DNA of 64,000 bases from Octopus sinensis (GCF_006345805.1 NC_043010.1:44764001-44828000), one strand, 5' to 3'; positions 13,030 to 26,556 are shown, counted from the stretch's first letter. Notes: generated by a model not told the origin, from the sequence alone. Numbers and translations: made by a program.

Positions 13030-13440
13030 TCATAAGAAATCCACTCGTGGAATTCAACACGTTAGAAAGAAAAGCTAGGTTCCATAACCACAAAAATTAG
13101 GGATAAAATTCGACAGGAACGAATTGAAAACATTTTACCATCAAGTTTCCTGGGCCAATTGGTTTCTGATTTTAGTTTAGCAAGCAAATGAATATTTGCT
13201 TGCGAGGTGAAATCGTCTCCAACAGGTACACCTTGGGTTAAATATATAAACAAACGAGACAATCAAACTATATGCCTCCCGTTTATACATCCTAATTTTT
13301 TCAAAATCTACTGCGCAGACGCACCCCTTGACCGGCAATAAGAAAATGCCAACTTTTAAAATCAAAAATTATCCCAAAAACTTATAATACTTAAACATAT
13401 CAAAGGGAAATGGAAAATTAATTAAAATTTTCACCTCCAG
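13030..13440 (-). mobile_element. Penelope-like RT remnant
   Basis: LTQGVPVGDDFTSQANIHLL resembles the PLE QxxGxPMG..ANL motif, and RSCRILSL resembles a decayed RYIDDILSL. Heavily degraded. Confidence 0.5.
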
Positions 13441-13486
13441 CGGCCTAACGTGTAAAAATTTAGTGTTTAAGTATTATATACATACA

Positions 13487-13561
<75 letters not shown>

Positions 13562-13670
13562 TAGTTATCGCCATACTAATATGGCAGTCTATAAATATAA
13601 GACTAAGTTATTAGTATCCAGTAACGCTGCCGTAATCTCCTTTAGAGAGACTTAGTAATTTTAATATTTC

Positions 13671-13711
<41 letters not shown>

Positions 13712-13746
13712 TATATATATATATATTATATATATATATATATATA

Positions 13747-13782
<36 letters not shown>

Positions 13783-13952
13783 AATTGAGATAGGGGTTGT
13801 AAATGCAACCCTCCATGGGATAACATATATCCAATATGCTGCTAGGGAAGTACCCAACAAAGTTAATACATAAATGTTAATGATTGCGATGCAATCAATT
13901 CATTTACTGTATTATATGGGCAAAGGTAAAATGATTTACCACAAATTACTAA

Positions 13953-14428
13953 TACAAGATAAGAAAATGGAGAAATACATCTAAATCAAATATGAATTAC
14001 CAGATAATACTCAATCACATACTTTATTAAACCACCACATAAGAGACTGTATGGTTAAATATAAAAAGCAGAACAAATCAGTGTACATAAAGGGATGTAC
14101 ATAAAAAAGTGTACATAAAAGAGTAATGTTGTATAATAAGTAGAATATATATAAAAGAGAATATAAATATAAGTAAATATAAATATAAGTATAGATTACA
14201 TCTTACAGCTGTTACTGCCATGTAGATAAGTATGTCTCATTTTACCAATATTAGCCTTTTATGGTAGGTCAATATATAGATATAAATGAGACATTTACAA
14301 ATATATCGTAAGGCCTCTTCGGAGATTATGTAATATAAATCAGTCTACATATATACCCACATGGGTGTGGGTACATACCCATAATACAACATATACATAT
14401 ACATATGAGTGCATATACTCACACTCTT
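13953..14428 (-). repeat. PLE pLTR-like repeat; near-identical inverted copy at 51357-51835
   Basis: About 475 bp, visually about 95% identical to the reverse complement of 51357-51835; contains an HHR motif. Confidence 0.9.
14200..14326 (-). ncRNA. Degenerate type I HHR with ~100-nt helix II insertion
   Basis: AUCU-CCGAAGA-GGCC..[100-nt domain]..GGCA-GUAAC-AGCU-GUA^-AGAU. GAAA is mutated to GUAA, so it is probably inactive. Confidence 0.7.
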
Positions 14429-15494
14429 ATACATGAAAAAATATACATATACATAATGATATAAATAAATAATATAAATTAGTAAACATATATATGTGTT
14501 CCACATTCAATGTCTCAGTTTTTCGACTTAATATTGTGATAATAAACATACACAAATTAGTACCTAGATGCAAATATACATAGTCAATAGTACATTATAT
14601 TACTTCATACTAATTTCTAAAGTGTCATTAAAGTTAGCATCATTATTGTTGTCAATACCATTTATGTTACCATTATTATCCTTCATAATATTATTAATAA
14701 CGCTTACATTAGGATCCAGAGCGGTATATATGTATGTTCGGGTTCCAGTTAGTAATTTTCCTTATGAAATAAATACACTATTGGATTTGAATTTAAAATT
14801 ATCATTATCTTCCTCACGGTTGGTCAATTGAGAGCCGCCCGACCTCCACCACACCGCACAAGCAAAACATACACATCCACATCTAACCCTAAACCCACAC
14901 ATCCACACAGAAACTCACACACACATGCACACACACATAAATACACCCCGACACATCTCTACACATTCACTAAATTGCAGAGTGTATGTCTGTCATCGCA
15001 TGGCTTATAGACAAATCAGTACAGGCAGCAGTGTCTAACACTAACACACACTCACACGCACATCCGCATATACGCATAAATATTAATACACTTTCATATA
15101 CTGTGTCAAGGAACATTCGCACACACATATATATATATTTGAATATATATCTGCGCACTCATACGTACAAATAAAACCTATATTTATATCCACCCATGAA
15201 TAAATATTCGCATATACATATCCAAGTACGCACCTGCGTGCTCATATGTGTAATAAAAACATACATCCGTACATCCACCCACGGTCATACCTGTATGTAC
15301 AAAAACATACATACGTACACATATACATTTTCACACACCTACAGAAGTTACTATTAATTTAGAATAAGTTCATTAATTATAAATTAAATTAATTATAGAT
15401 TAGTAAGTGCCAAATAAATATATATATATAGTTATGTATATATATATATTATATATATATATAGTTATGTATATATATATATATTATATATATA

Positions 15495-15626
<132 letters not shown>

Positions 15627-15787
15627 TATTGAAGTAGATAAATGAATTATATGAATATCTTATTACGGATAATTCAATGATAACCGATACCTGGGTAGCA
15701 AAAATCACAACAGAAAAAGCACGGTTGAAGTTACGACCATGGGGCATAAAATCCGTGCCTTAGTGCGGAAATTTGAAGTTTTATATA

Positions 15788-16091
15788 TAAGTGTAGGAAG
15801 AAATGGAGCTGAACGAAGATTTAACAAAATTCCTTTTTATTATTTTCTACATATGTTTCGAAGGCTGCAAAGTCCCTAATTCGGATTGAATAAGGAGTGA
15901 GCGTTTGTCGAAAAGCTTGCTGTGCATTTTGTTGGAGAATTAAGTTCCTGGATTTTCCTGAAGAGAAGGCTGCAAAATGGACTCCTTATTCAATCCGAAT
16001 TAGGGACTTTGCAGCCTTCGAAACATATGTAGAAAATAATAAAAAGGAATTTTGTTAAATCTTCGTTCAGCTCCATTTCTTCCTACACTTA
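15788..16091. repeat. Perfect 111-bp inverted repeat (15788-15898 / 15981-16091) with 82-bp spacer
   Basis: Arms read as exact reverse complements; the right arm contains the 3' part of an HHR. Confidence 0.95.
15952..16037 (+). ncRNA. Type I hammerhead ribozyme, fully canonical core
   Basis: AUUUUC-CUGAAGA-GAAGGCUGCAAA-[31 nt]-UUUGCAGCCUUC-GAAAC-AUAU-GUA^-GAAAAU. Helix I is 6 bp, helix II is a perfect 12 bp, and helix III is palindromic ACAUAUGU. Predicted cleavage after A16031. Confidence 0.9.
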
Positions 16092-16940
<849 letters not shown>

Positions 16941-17056
16941 TATACATTTATATAAATATATATTTATATATGAAAGAATGTTTGAAAATGCAATTTTAAA
17001 GATGTTATTCACTTGACCGGTTTCACTTATATATATATATACGTTTATATACGTTT

Positions 17057-17114
<58 letters not shown>

Positions 17115-17207
17115 ATATATATATGAATTATTGTTCGGAACATATATTTGCTGTTAGTTTGTATTTATTTAATTCTATTTGAAATATCAATTTTTCTATC
17201 TTTGTAG

Positions 17208-17381
17208 CTTGCGGTGGAAAGAATCGTGTGGAAGACTTGTACAATTGCGGACAATACATCCAATGTCTTAATAACCGACCAGTCGGATCAGTTGGAACGT
17301 GCAACCCCGGCAATCGCTTTGACGAAACTCTGGGGAGCTGTGTCGCAGATAGTAACTGCCCTGAAGTTAATAATAACGCTC
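17208..17381 (+). CDS. Exon A of Pif/BMSP-like chitin-binding protein: CBM14 (peritrophin-A) domain
   Basis: ag|..|gtacgt, phase 1/1. xCGGKNRVEDLYNCGQYIQCLNNRPVGSVGTCNPGNRFDETLGSCVADSNCPEVNNNA; six-Cys CBM14 spacing. Confidence 0.85.
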
Positions 17382-18065
17382 GTACGTTTGTTTTAATTAA
17401 ATGAATTTTTCTATCGCCTCGTGTAGTCTTACGGCATGTAACATGTTAAATGTTTATGTTATATATTTGGGTCTTAAATTTTTTAACTGATGCTAAATAT
17501 TGTAAAATGTCGACCGATTATAATTTTCGGACCTATATATTAAATATTTTTCTCTCTTCCGATTCTCCGTTTAAACCAAGCTAAAAACTTGTTTCTAAAG
17601 CCTGTTTGTGATTATGACTCAAAATCCTTACATTATACATTATTTTTTCCGATGCAGCCTTAATTTTGGACCACTGTTATGCTGGAGTTTCTAACGCTTA
17701 ATGAATAACACGTGAAGGTACAGTTCACAACTTTATAAAGCATGTGAAGAGTATATGTGGCATGGTTGTACATCATCTCATAGCACGGACTCTACAAACC
17801 AGAACTCTCCTAGCTAACTTTAATGTCTTATATAATGCTTCAAAACCTGGAGGATTAACGATCATCCTGTATTATATATTGCTCCGTTGGTAATCATTCT
17901 CTATACCTGAAATCAGGCATTCATTCTTTTACCAAAGATATTCAATCGTTAAATCGAGAGGTTTTGGAAATTCGATTAAGAAATATATTCATGTAATTTA
18001 CTGTTCAATAAATAAATTTCTTTTGCTACGTTATTATAAATTTGTATATTTTTATCTTATTTCAG

Positions 18066-18215
18066 AATGCTCTGATCTTTTTAAGACCAGTAACACTAAA
18101 GGAAAATATTTTCAGAAAGATGGAGAAAACTGGATAGAGAAAACATGCTCAGGAAACTTGCTCTTTAATATGACTACATGCACATGTCAGGATTCTTACA
18201 ACTACACAACTACAG
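18066..18215 (+). CDS. Exon B: second Cys-rich chitin-binding-like domain
   Basis: tttcag|..|gttatt, phase 1/1, in frame with exon A. QCSDLFKTSNTKGKYFQKDGENWIEKTCSGNLLFNMTTCTCQDSYNYTTT. Confidence 0.8.
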
Positions 18216-19320
18216 GTTATTGATTTTCTTTTAATGATTACATTGAAAAACAGGATGCTACTTTCTGTTGGTGTTAATCGATTAAATATAACATCTGTAT
18301 TTTGCTGTTTATTATCATGTTGAAACCTTGGGTCGCGAACTGGCAGACGTTAGAATACTAGAAAAATTACCTGTGTTATTTGTTCCTGCTCTCTACACTC
18401 TGGGTTCAAATTCCATCGAGATTACTTTTGCCTTTCGTCCTTTAGGGATCAATATAATAAAGCAACCCCTTCCTCTCGAAATTTCTAGCCTTGTCCTTAA
18501 ACCAAAAATAAATATTCTGCTGAACCCGAAAACTGTAATAATGAAGACATTCCATATGTTTATCGCAGATTAGTCTTGACAACGAAACGACAAATTTCCA
18601 TAGATGTTCAGCTATGAGCACAACATCTCTATTATCTTCGAATATGATATATTTTGGATTGCATTATCCCTTTTTGAAGACAGTAGGGTGTGATTTGATT
18701 ACCAGAAGATTGAGACACATTCATGGTCGTGTAAACACGCTGACTGTAATTTAAATGTGTGCTACAGTATTGGATATCGTCTATTAAACCTTTAGTTTCG
18801 ACTTTGAGATAACACCAACTATTTGACATGAAGTCTTGGTTATATGACATTTCTTTAATCGTTATGAAAAACTATCATAGATAAACAGGCGTAACATTTG
18901 TTAAAGAGAGTATAGCTGAATATTTACGTCTTCTCTGAGGTGATAATCCATTGATACATATATAGCGCCTGGATCTTTAAAAGTTATTACTTGCTAAAGA
19001 TTGCTAAACCAGGTAAATTACTAATTTATCGGCCAGAATTGGTTCGACCACATCTGGCTAATTATGGTTTAATGGAATATGTCAAATTGAGCCCAGTATA
19101 AAGATATTGGTTACAGTCTGTAGTTTCAGATTACAGGTGAAAAACGTCATTAAAGTTTTCAAATTTCAACTAAAATATCTTTACTTTGTCTTTTATGAAA
19201 TAATTTACGACGCTGTTATTAAATCTGTTTAGTGTAATTTAACCAAAATATATTTAGTTCGTTTTTATTTCCGTTCTATTTAAACTTGTTTTTCCCTTTT
19301 CTTTTTCGTTTACACCCCAG

Positions 19321-19670
19321 TGTCGCCATGTTTAAACATAACTCTTCCTTTGGAATTCAACCTATTATCACTTGGCAATAACTATTATGTACAAGGCATT
19401 AATGTAGATTTCATTAATGCAGCATATTTCAACGGCTCTTCAAGTTTAGTAATTCCTGCTCTAGCTAATAATGATCTTGGTGACTATTTTGTCATGACGT
19501 TGAATATTAAACCTGCCGCCGTAATATCAGGAAGACAAGCCTTAGTAAGCAACAACCAATGTTCAGATAATGGAACATACAACTTATACTTAGTAGGCCC
19601 GAATGTCTATGCTTCAATAACATTACTTGACAATTCTGTAGAGACGTCTTATCAATTGACAAGTAGTTCG
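19321..19670 (+). CDS. Exon C: LamG/concanavalin A-like domain, N-terminal part
   Basis: Strong polypyrimidine ccccag|..|gtaagt, phase 1/0. VSPCLNITLPLEFN..AAYFNGSSSLVIPALANNDLGDYFVMTLNIKP..ALVSNNQC. Confidence 0.85.
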
Positions 19671-20067
19671 GTAAGTTTATTTTATATTTCTTTTTTCGTT
19701 AGCTTTGTTAACTACAAATTAACACCCCTCTACACTGAGTCGGCAGCCCTGTTTCAATTCTCAGGAGAAGCAATTTCCCTTGTTTCCATCACTTATGCTC
19801 TTAAAAATGTGTTATATAAATAGGCATCAATCTGCATATGTACAAAACAATGCAACACTATAAATGTTGATTCAAATGGGCTGTATACAAGAATGATGTC
19901 GTTATCTTCAAGTTCATATAAGTGTTCACAAGATACCAACGAAACTGTTCAATATATTTCATAAGGCTTCCTTTGCCAATAGAAATGTGCTGCTATTTGT
20001 TTTTACCAATATGTAAACAGGACCATTTATATTGTCTTTTCCTGGATGAATGTCTGATCTTTTAGAT

Positions 20068-20366
20068 CAGTGGGCCGTATTGCTCCCCCCCCACCCGGAG
20101 GCGGTGGAAAGTTCCAAGTTGAAGAAAAGTGGGGTGATAATGGGATAGTGATTCATGTAAAAAGTGGGGTGATAATGGGGTAACTATTTATGTAAAAGCA
20201 ACAAAATAATGGGCTCATTATGTTAAGTTTTATTTGTGAAATATAGTTACTTTGAATTTAACTGAAAAAGAGGTCTATGTTTGTGATGGTTTTTTGGGGT
20301 GGGGGTGCTAGAAATATGGCCTGGCGGTCAAGGGGATGGCAGCCCGAAAAAGTTTGGGAACCATTG
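20068..20366. mobile_element. hAT (Charlie-type) MITE in intron, perfect 8-bp TSD
   Basis: Ends CAGTGG / CCATTG; TSD TTTTAGAT at 20060-20067 and 20367-20374. Confidence 0.85.
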
Positions 20367-20569
20367 TTTTAGATGACAGCAAGGTCTGGATAGGTTAGAA
20401 CTCATAACCTTCTATTGACTAAAATGCTATTTTTCTAAACATTGCTGTTCTTAGTTCTATATTCATTATGATTTTTTTTCTAATTTAGCACAAGTCTTGA
20501 AATTTCCATTTCATGTTGATATAAAATGTATTTATAAGATCTTAATTATCAACAAATTTTAACTTTTAG

Positions 20570-20666
20570 ACAATTTCCAACGTATGGAACACGATCATCT
20601 TTAAGAAGGAAGGAACTTTATTTGAACTTATCGTTAACGGTGTGTCTAACAGCGTGAATGTTGCAG
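20570..20666 (+). CDS. Exon D: LamG domain continuation
   Basis: ttttag|..|gtaaag, phase 0/1. TISNVWNTIIFKKEGTLFELIVNGVSNSVNVA, matching the LamG W..V...G..L.LYVNG pattern. The next exon was not found and may lie in the N gap. Confidence 0.82.
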
Positions 20667-20880
20667 GTAAAGTTTTCAGAAATCTTTCATCGATAGGAAT
20701 CCTTTCATTAGAATTTGTTACGAGTAAGAGTAATCGAGATGGTCGATACTATTTTGAGTTTCACTCTTATAGTTTTACTTTAAAATCCTTCTGATGCCGG
20801 ACTTCAACTTCATTCTTATTTAATCAAAAGAATGAGTACTAGTAAAATACAGGATTGCTTCTGAACTATATATCACTTCT

Positions 20881-20980
20881 NNNNNNNNNNNNNNNNNNNN
20901 NNNNNNNNNNNNNNNNNNNNNNNNNNNNNNNNNNNNNNNNNNNNNNNNNNNNNNNNNNNNNNNNNNNNNNNNNNNNNNNN
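20881..20980. other. Assembly gap (100 N)
   Basis: Run of n. Confidence 1.
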
Positions 20981-21131
20981 CCGGCGTATACATGAATATG
21001 CATATGTATATGTTATGTATATATATATATATATATATAAGATATGTGGTGTGTGTGTATGTTGTGTAGATGTATAATGTTGTAATGTTATATTTATATA
21101 TGTATATATGTATATGTGCATGTATGTATGC

Positions 21132-21162
<31 letters not shown>

Positions 21163-21169
21163 AATATAA

Positions 21170-22135
21170 AAAATTGGTATAAAAACGGACTGGAGGACAA
21201 TAAAACATTCGATACAAAGGCGGACAGGAGAAACAACAATTAGGACAGGCAAAAAAAAAAGACGTGTCTTTTGTGGCCTTCATTCCTCAGTCGAGTTACC
21301 AGAAGTCCTTACTGTTTTAGTCAGTTACACATGAGATAGTTGGATCTGGTTACCCTCAAAAATGTCTAAGCTAAGAGTATTAGATTTTTTGTAAGAAAAC
21401 TAGCGAATGTGTGCGGCAAAAACTGAAAAAACGGAGAACATGGAACACATTTATAAATGCAAACAAGAAAACCACAACAGTTGTATTTCGACTCAGAATG
21501 AGTGAAATTATGCTGGCGTGTATGAAGTGAAAGTCTAAAGGCAGGAACATAGGAGATGGACATAAGCGGTGTTGGCGGTCGATAGTCAGGCCAAGAAAGA
21601 AAGATAATGGCTGGCCGGACACCGGCCACGTGGAAGGAGGAGAGAGGGGTAGGGAGCAGCGGGATTGAAGGATTAGAAAAAAATCAGTGACAAAGGGAAA
21701 GGTACAGGGGAGATAGACGAAGGGGAAAAGGGCCAAGAAATGTATGAGAGAGAGGGGGAGAGCGAGAAAAAGAAAAGAGGGGGAAGTATGAGGGGGACTA
21801 AAAGATAGAGTAAGAGTCGTATAAAATTTAGATACATACCTACTATAAGGTGAGCACAAGGTACACCGCAATATGTATATATAAGAGACGCCGCTATATA
21901 TATATATATATATATAAATTAAAAAATGGAATAAAAACGCAAAGGAGGACAGTAGAAACAACAATTAGGACAGGCAAAAAAAGACGGGTCATTTGTGGAC
22001 TTCTTTCCTCGGTCAACTTACCACAAGCCCTTACTGTTTCGGGCAGTTAAACTTGAGACAGTTCGATCTGCTTGCCCCCCAAAAAGTCTAAACTAAGAGC
22101 ATTAGAATTTTGTAAGAAAGCTAGCAAATGTGTAC
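21170..22135 (-). repeat. Two diverged ~220-bp direct repeats (period ~722 bp), PLE pLTR-like
   Basis: ~21230-21415 vs ~21945-22135; each carries a decayed HHR-like 3' half (GCCC-GAAACAGUA-AGGG in the right-hand copy). Confidence 0.7.
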
Positions 22136-22689
22136 GGATATGTATATGTCTGTGTGTGTGTATAAATATGTATGCATGTGTATGTATGTGTATGTATGTG
22201 TATGTATATATATATGTATGTATCTATATATATACATGTATGTATATATATATATATGTATATATGTATATATATATGTATGTATGTGTACATATGTATG
22301 TATATGTATATATATAAGTATATATATGTATATATATATATATGTATATGTATATATATGTACGCATATATATATTTGCATGCATATATATGTATGTATA
22401 TATACATATCTATATGTATATATATGTATGCATATATATATGTATGTATATATAGTTGTATGTATATATATGTATATATAGGTATGTATGTCTATATGCA
22501 TGTATGTGTATGTATGTATAAGTATGTACATATATATATATATGTATATATATGTATATGTATGCATATATATATATGTATATATATATGTATATGTCTA
22601 TGTATGTGTATGTATATATGTACGCCTGTGTATGTATATATGTATGCATGTATATATATGCATATATGCATGTACATACATATGCATAT

Positions 22690-22995
22690 ATCACCTTGAT
22701 CACCTTGACCGACCAGTCCGTCAGGCGTCCATCTGACACCGCTGGTCACAGCACGCTGTTCACTCCTCTCTGAATCGCGCCTTTCTCATCCACGTGATCC
22801 CAATCGTCCTCCTGAAATCGTAACTCCACCGTCGTGGAAGCCTTCCGGGTGGTCGTATCCGCTCGCGCGGGTAACACTCGACAACTGCGCGGGTCCACCG
22901 ATTATCGGTGAGCCGGGCGACGTGTCCAGCCCATCTAAACTTGCTGCGTGTATACTCTGCGATGACATCCCTCACGCCGGACTTCTTTCTGCATT
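22690..22995 (-). mobile_element. RTE-clade LINE 3' fragment
   Basis: KFRWAGHVARLTDNRWTRAVVECYPRERIRPPGRLPRRWS. Confidence 0.9.
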
Positions 22996-23478
22996 ATATA
23001 TATATATTATATATATATATATATATTATATATATATATAATATATGTGTGTGTTGTGTGTTTATATATATATATACATATATATAATGTTTGTGTGTGT
23101 GTTTTATTATATTATATACATATATATATATGTATGTATGTATAATGTGTGTGTGTGTTTATATATATATATCATATATATATATGTATGTATGTATATG
23201 TTTGTGTGTGTTTATATATTATATATATATACATATCTATATATGTATGTATTTATATGTATGTATATGTATGTATAACTATATATATATTATATGTATT
23301 GTATATGTATGTATATGTATGTAATAAATATATATATAGTATATATATATATATGTATGTATATGGTACTATGTATGTAATAAATATATATATATATATA
23401 TATGTATGTATATGTGTACTGTATGTATAAATATATATATCTATATATATAATCTGTATGTATATTTGTAGCTGTATG

Positions 23479-23514
<36 letters not shown>

Positions 23515-23516
<2 letters not shown>

Positions 23517-24977
23517 GGGTGGAACAAAAAAATGGAGGTTTCGAAATTGGTATTCAAAAATCAATATTTTTTTGCGCATTTGGGTTAAAAGAAATGTGTA
23601 TAAAGAACTTTGCGGTTAAATATTTTTTCAGGCTCCGCAATGCTAGTGAAAAATTTTTTAATCGCTATTTCTTTTTCGAATTTTGGACTTCGTGGATTAT
23701 AAGTCGTAACGAATACATATTTCCGCACTGTAGAATGCAAATCAATAAATATAGTATCTCTAAGACTTTGCATATCAAGTTTCAATACAATTGACTAACA
23801 TCTTGAGATTCCGCATTGACCGGGAGTTTCTGCATTGAACGGTAGTTTGAACCTCTCTCCAGTGCCGCTTCGATGGTCGTTGCTTGTGGATGTAGGTCGT
23901 ATGTGTGTGAAGTTTTCTGCTTTGTACCTTGACTTTAGGCCATTGTACTAAAATTAATGGTCGTATTAAATTCAATGTTGCTTACATTTAGTGATGACTG
24001 ATAAGCCAATATCGTGTCATGGTATTGAGTGTCCGATACATGTGATTTTAGCTAGCGAGTTATGCCAACTTACAAGGACGTACTAAATTGTGTTTTTTTC
24101 TGAACGAGAAAAAGAAAACAATTTAGTAAAACAAGATCCTTCAATTAAACAAATTGTTAAGATTGTAGTTGAAAAGATAATTCTTCTTCGGTAAAAGGTA
24201 CCCATCCCTTGTGTTACGTTTGAGTCAGTTAAACCGAAAATCTTAAACTTTTTTCTTAAAGTACCAAGCATTGCTAAAATCTGTGAAAAATAGAAAAATG
24301 TGCCATCGTTTCAAATAAAAGATTTATTTGACTTATCCTGTTACCAGTGTAATTCCTTTAAAAACTGCAGTTGTAGTAGAGATAAAAAATTGTTTACAGA
24401 GAGGTCAAGATTTTTTTATAGGATCAACGGACAAATCGATAAATGATCCTGGGCGGAAAAGATCAAGCAGTATCTAAACAGAGGTTGATTATTTAGTTAC
24501 AAGGAATTATTTCGAATAAATTCGAAATGTTAATTATTTTTATCCCCAAAATGTGTCTAGAATCAAAAATTTGGCTTACACGTAATTTTATTTTAATGTG
24601 TGTGTAATCTAGACCTCATGTAACACATATATTCGGTGACCTAGTATTAAAAATAATGAAGGAAACAAAGTCGAAAAGTTTATTTATTTGACATAATTTC
24701 GAAATTTCGAGTGCATTGCGGAGTCTGAAGATATAGATTTTAGAGCTTGAGATTTTAACACTCTTGTTTTTAAAGGATTTCGCAAACGAAAATTGATTCG
24801 TAACAATGAGTGTAAAAAATAAAATGAGGAACGGCAAACGTATTATAAATTGATTTTTCGATTATTATTCAAAATTTCAAGTGGACTGCGGAGCCTGAAG
24901 ATATAAATTTAAGAACTTCAGATTTTAACACAATTGCTTCTAAATCTGTTTAAAAGTACTTTTTTCGTTCCACTCTA
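23515..24977. mobile_element. TIR DNA transposon, non-coding or decayed, family unassigned
   Basis: TAGGGTGGAACAAAAAA ... TTTTTTCGTTCCACTCTA imperfect TIRs; internal GCGGAGYCTGAAGATAT-type repeats near 23625 (inverted), 24715 and 24885. Confidence 0.6.
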
Positions 24978-25365
24978 GTGCTCAGGTAGACAACCCGATA
25001 CGCTAGATACATACATTATATTTAAAAGGAGAATTCAAGTAAATTCAACAATTTAGATAAACAAACAATATAACATATACTCAGCCATAAACCGGTGTAT
25101 GCAAATTATTAAAATATATTTAATGTACCTCTCGTTTAAATATTTAAAAAATATTAAAAAGTTACATATACATAAATATATGAAAATATAATATACATAT
25201 ATGGGTAGACAACATAACAATTTTGAAAATTCTCAAAACGGATAGAGAAATTCGAGGGGCTGTTTTTGTCCTTTTGTATGTATATACGTTGTGTATATAC
25301 GTTATGTGTATATGTTATGTACATATGTTATGTATATATGTTATGTATATATATATATGTTATGT

Positions 25366-25506
25366 GGAGGCGTAATGGCCCAGTGATTAGGGCAACAGAC
25401 TCGCGGTCGTAGTATCGCGGTTTCGATTCCCAGACCGGGCGTTGAACCTCCTCGAGAACTACGTTAAGGGTACAAGTATCTGTGGTCATCGTAACCGACC
25501 GAGTGT
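25366..25506 (+). mobile_element. tRNA-derived SINE, internally deleted
   Basis: Head matches 27715; 3' part (GAGAACTACGTTAAGGGTAC, CGTAACCG) matches the 7506 SINE tail. Confidence 0.85.
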
Positions 25507-26165
25507 CACGATATGTATGTTATGTAATGTGTGTATGTATGTATTTAATATATGGAATTTACGTATGTAATGTGTGTGAGTGTGTATGTATATATGCATA
25601 TATGTAATGTATGTAATGTAATATAAGTAATCTCTGTATGTAATTGTGCATGTGGGTGTGTGGGAGTATGTGTGTAATTTGCGTATGTAACGTGAATGTG
25701 TATGTATATATGTAATATATACCGCCTTGATAATTTTTCTGTAATCGTATCTTTCTTTTCTTAGGTGAGTATTAATAAATGCAAGTAATTGGCATTTTGA
25801 AAACCTGGAACGAAAACCTACACCGAACACGACTTTATCGCAATAAACATTTCTCTCACACCTATTCTGTTGTAATTCTATATAACATAATACTTAGCAA
25901 TAATATATGAATAATAAAATAAATAATTATAATAATAATAGATAAATTTGAAGCATGAATAAAATTTTTAACAATAGTTAATTCACCTTATTTTGTATTT
26001 CTTTCTTTCTATCGTGATGTAAGCCCCTCCTCCAAATTTCTTTTGTAAGTTGAAAGAACATTTTTCCATGATGCAAAAAACATTTTTTACATCAAATATT
26101 TACCTGTCAACACTGTTTTCAACTGATTCATATGCATACATACACACGAATATAATATATATTAT

Positions 26166-26207
<42 letters not shown>

Positions 26208-26463
26208 AAATTAAATTAGAGATAAAACCACTATTAGGCAAATCAAACAATGAAAAACATAAACCAAAACATAAAAACAAACATAATTAATATAAAATAT
26301 ATAAAATTTAAAAATTTAAAAATTTAAATTATTTAAATTTAAAATTTTTAATTTATATATTTTTAAATATTTTTTAAATCTTAAATTAAAAATTAAATAT
26401 ATATATATATATATAACTATCAAAAGGTATTAAAAAGTTTAATATAAGATAATAAGTAAAACC

Positions 26464-26556
26464 ACTACGTACGTTTCATGGCCATAACCTAATTCGAATT
26501 ACAATAATTTAAATTCAATTAAAAATTCGAATTATAGTTATAGTCAATCTTCAGGT
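26464..26556 (-). ncRNA. Type I HHR motif with 70-nt helix II domain
   Basis: AC-CUGAAGA-UUGACUAUAAC..UAAUUCGAAUU..AAUUCGAAUUA..GUUAUGGCCAU-GAAAC-GUAC-GUA^-GU. Core intact, helix I weak. Confidence 0.7.

Noticed and set aside
17020-17040. GAAACCGGUC^ (minus) half-hammerhead
   Set aside because: The 5' half is replaced by (AT)n; it cannot be supported as a complete motif.
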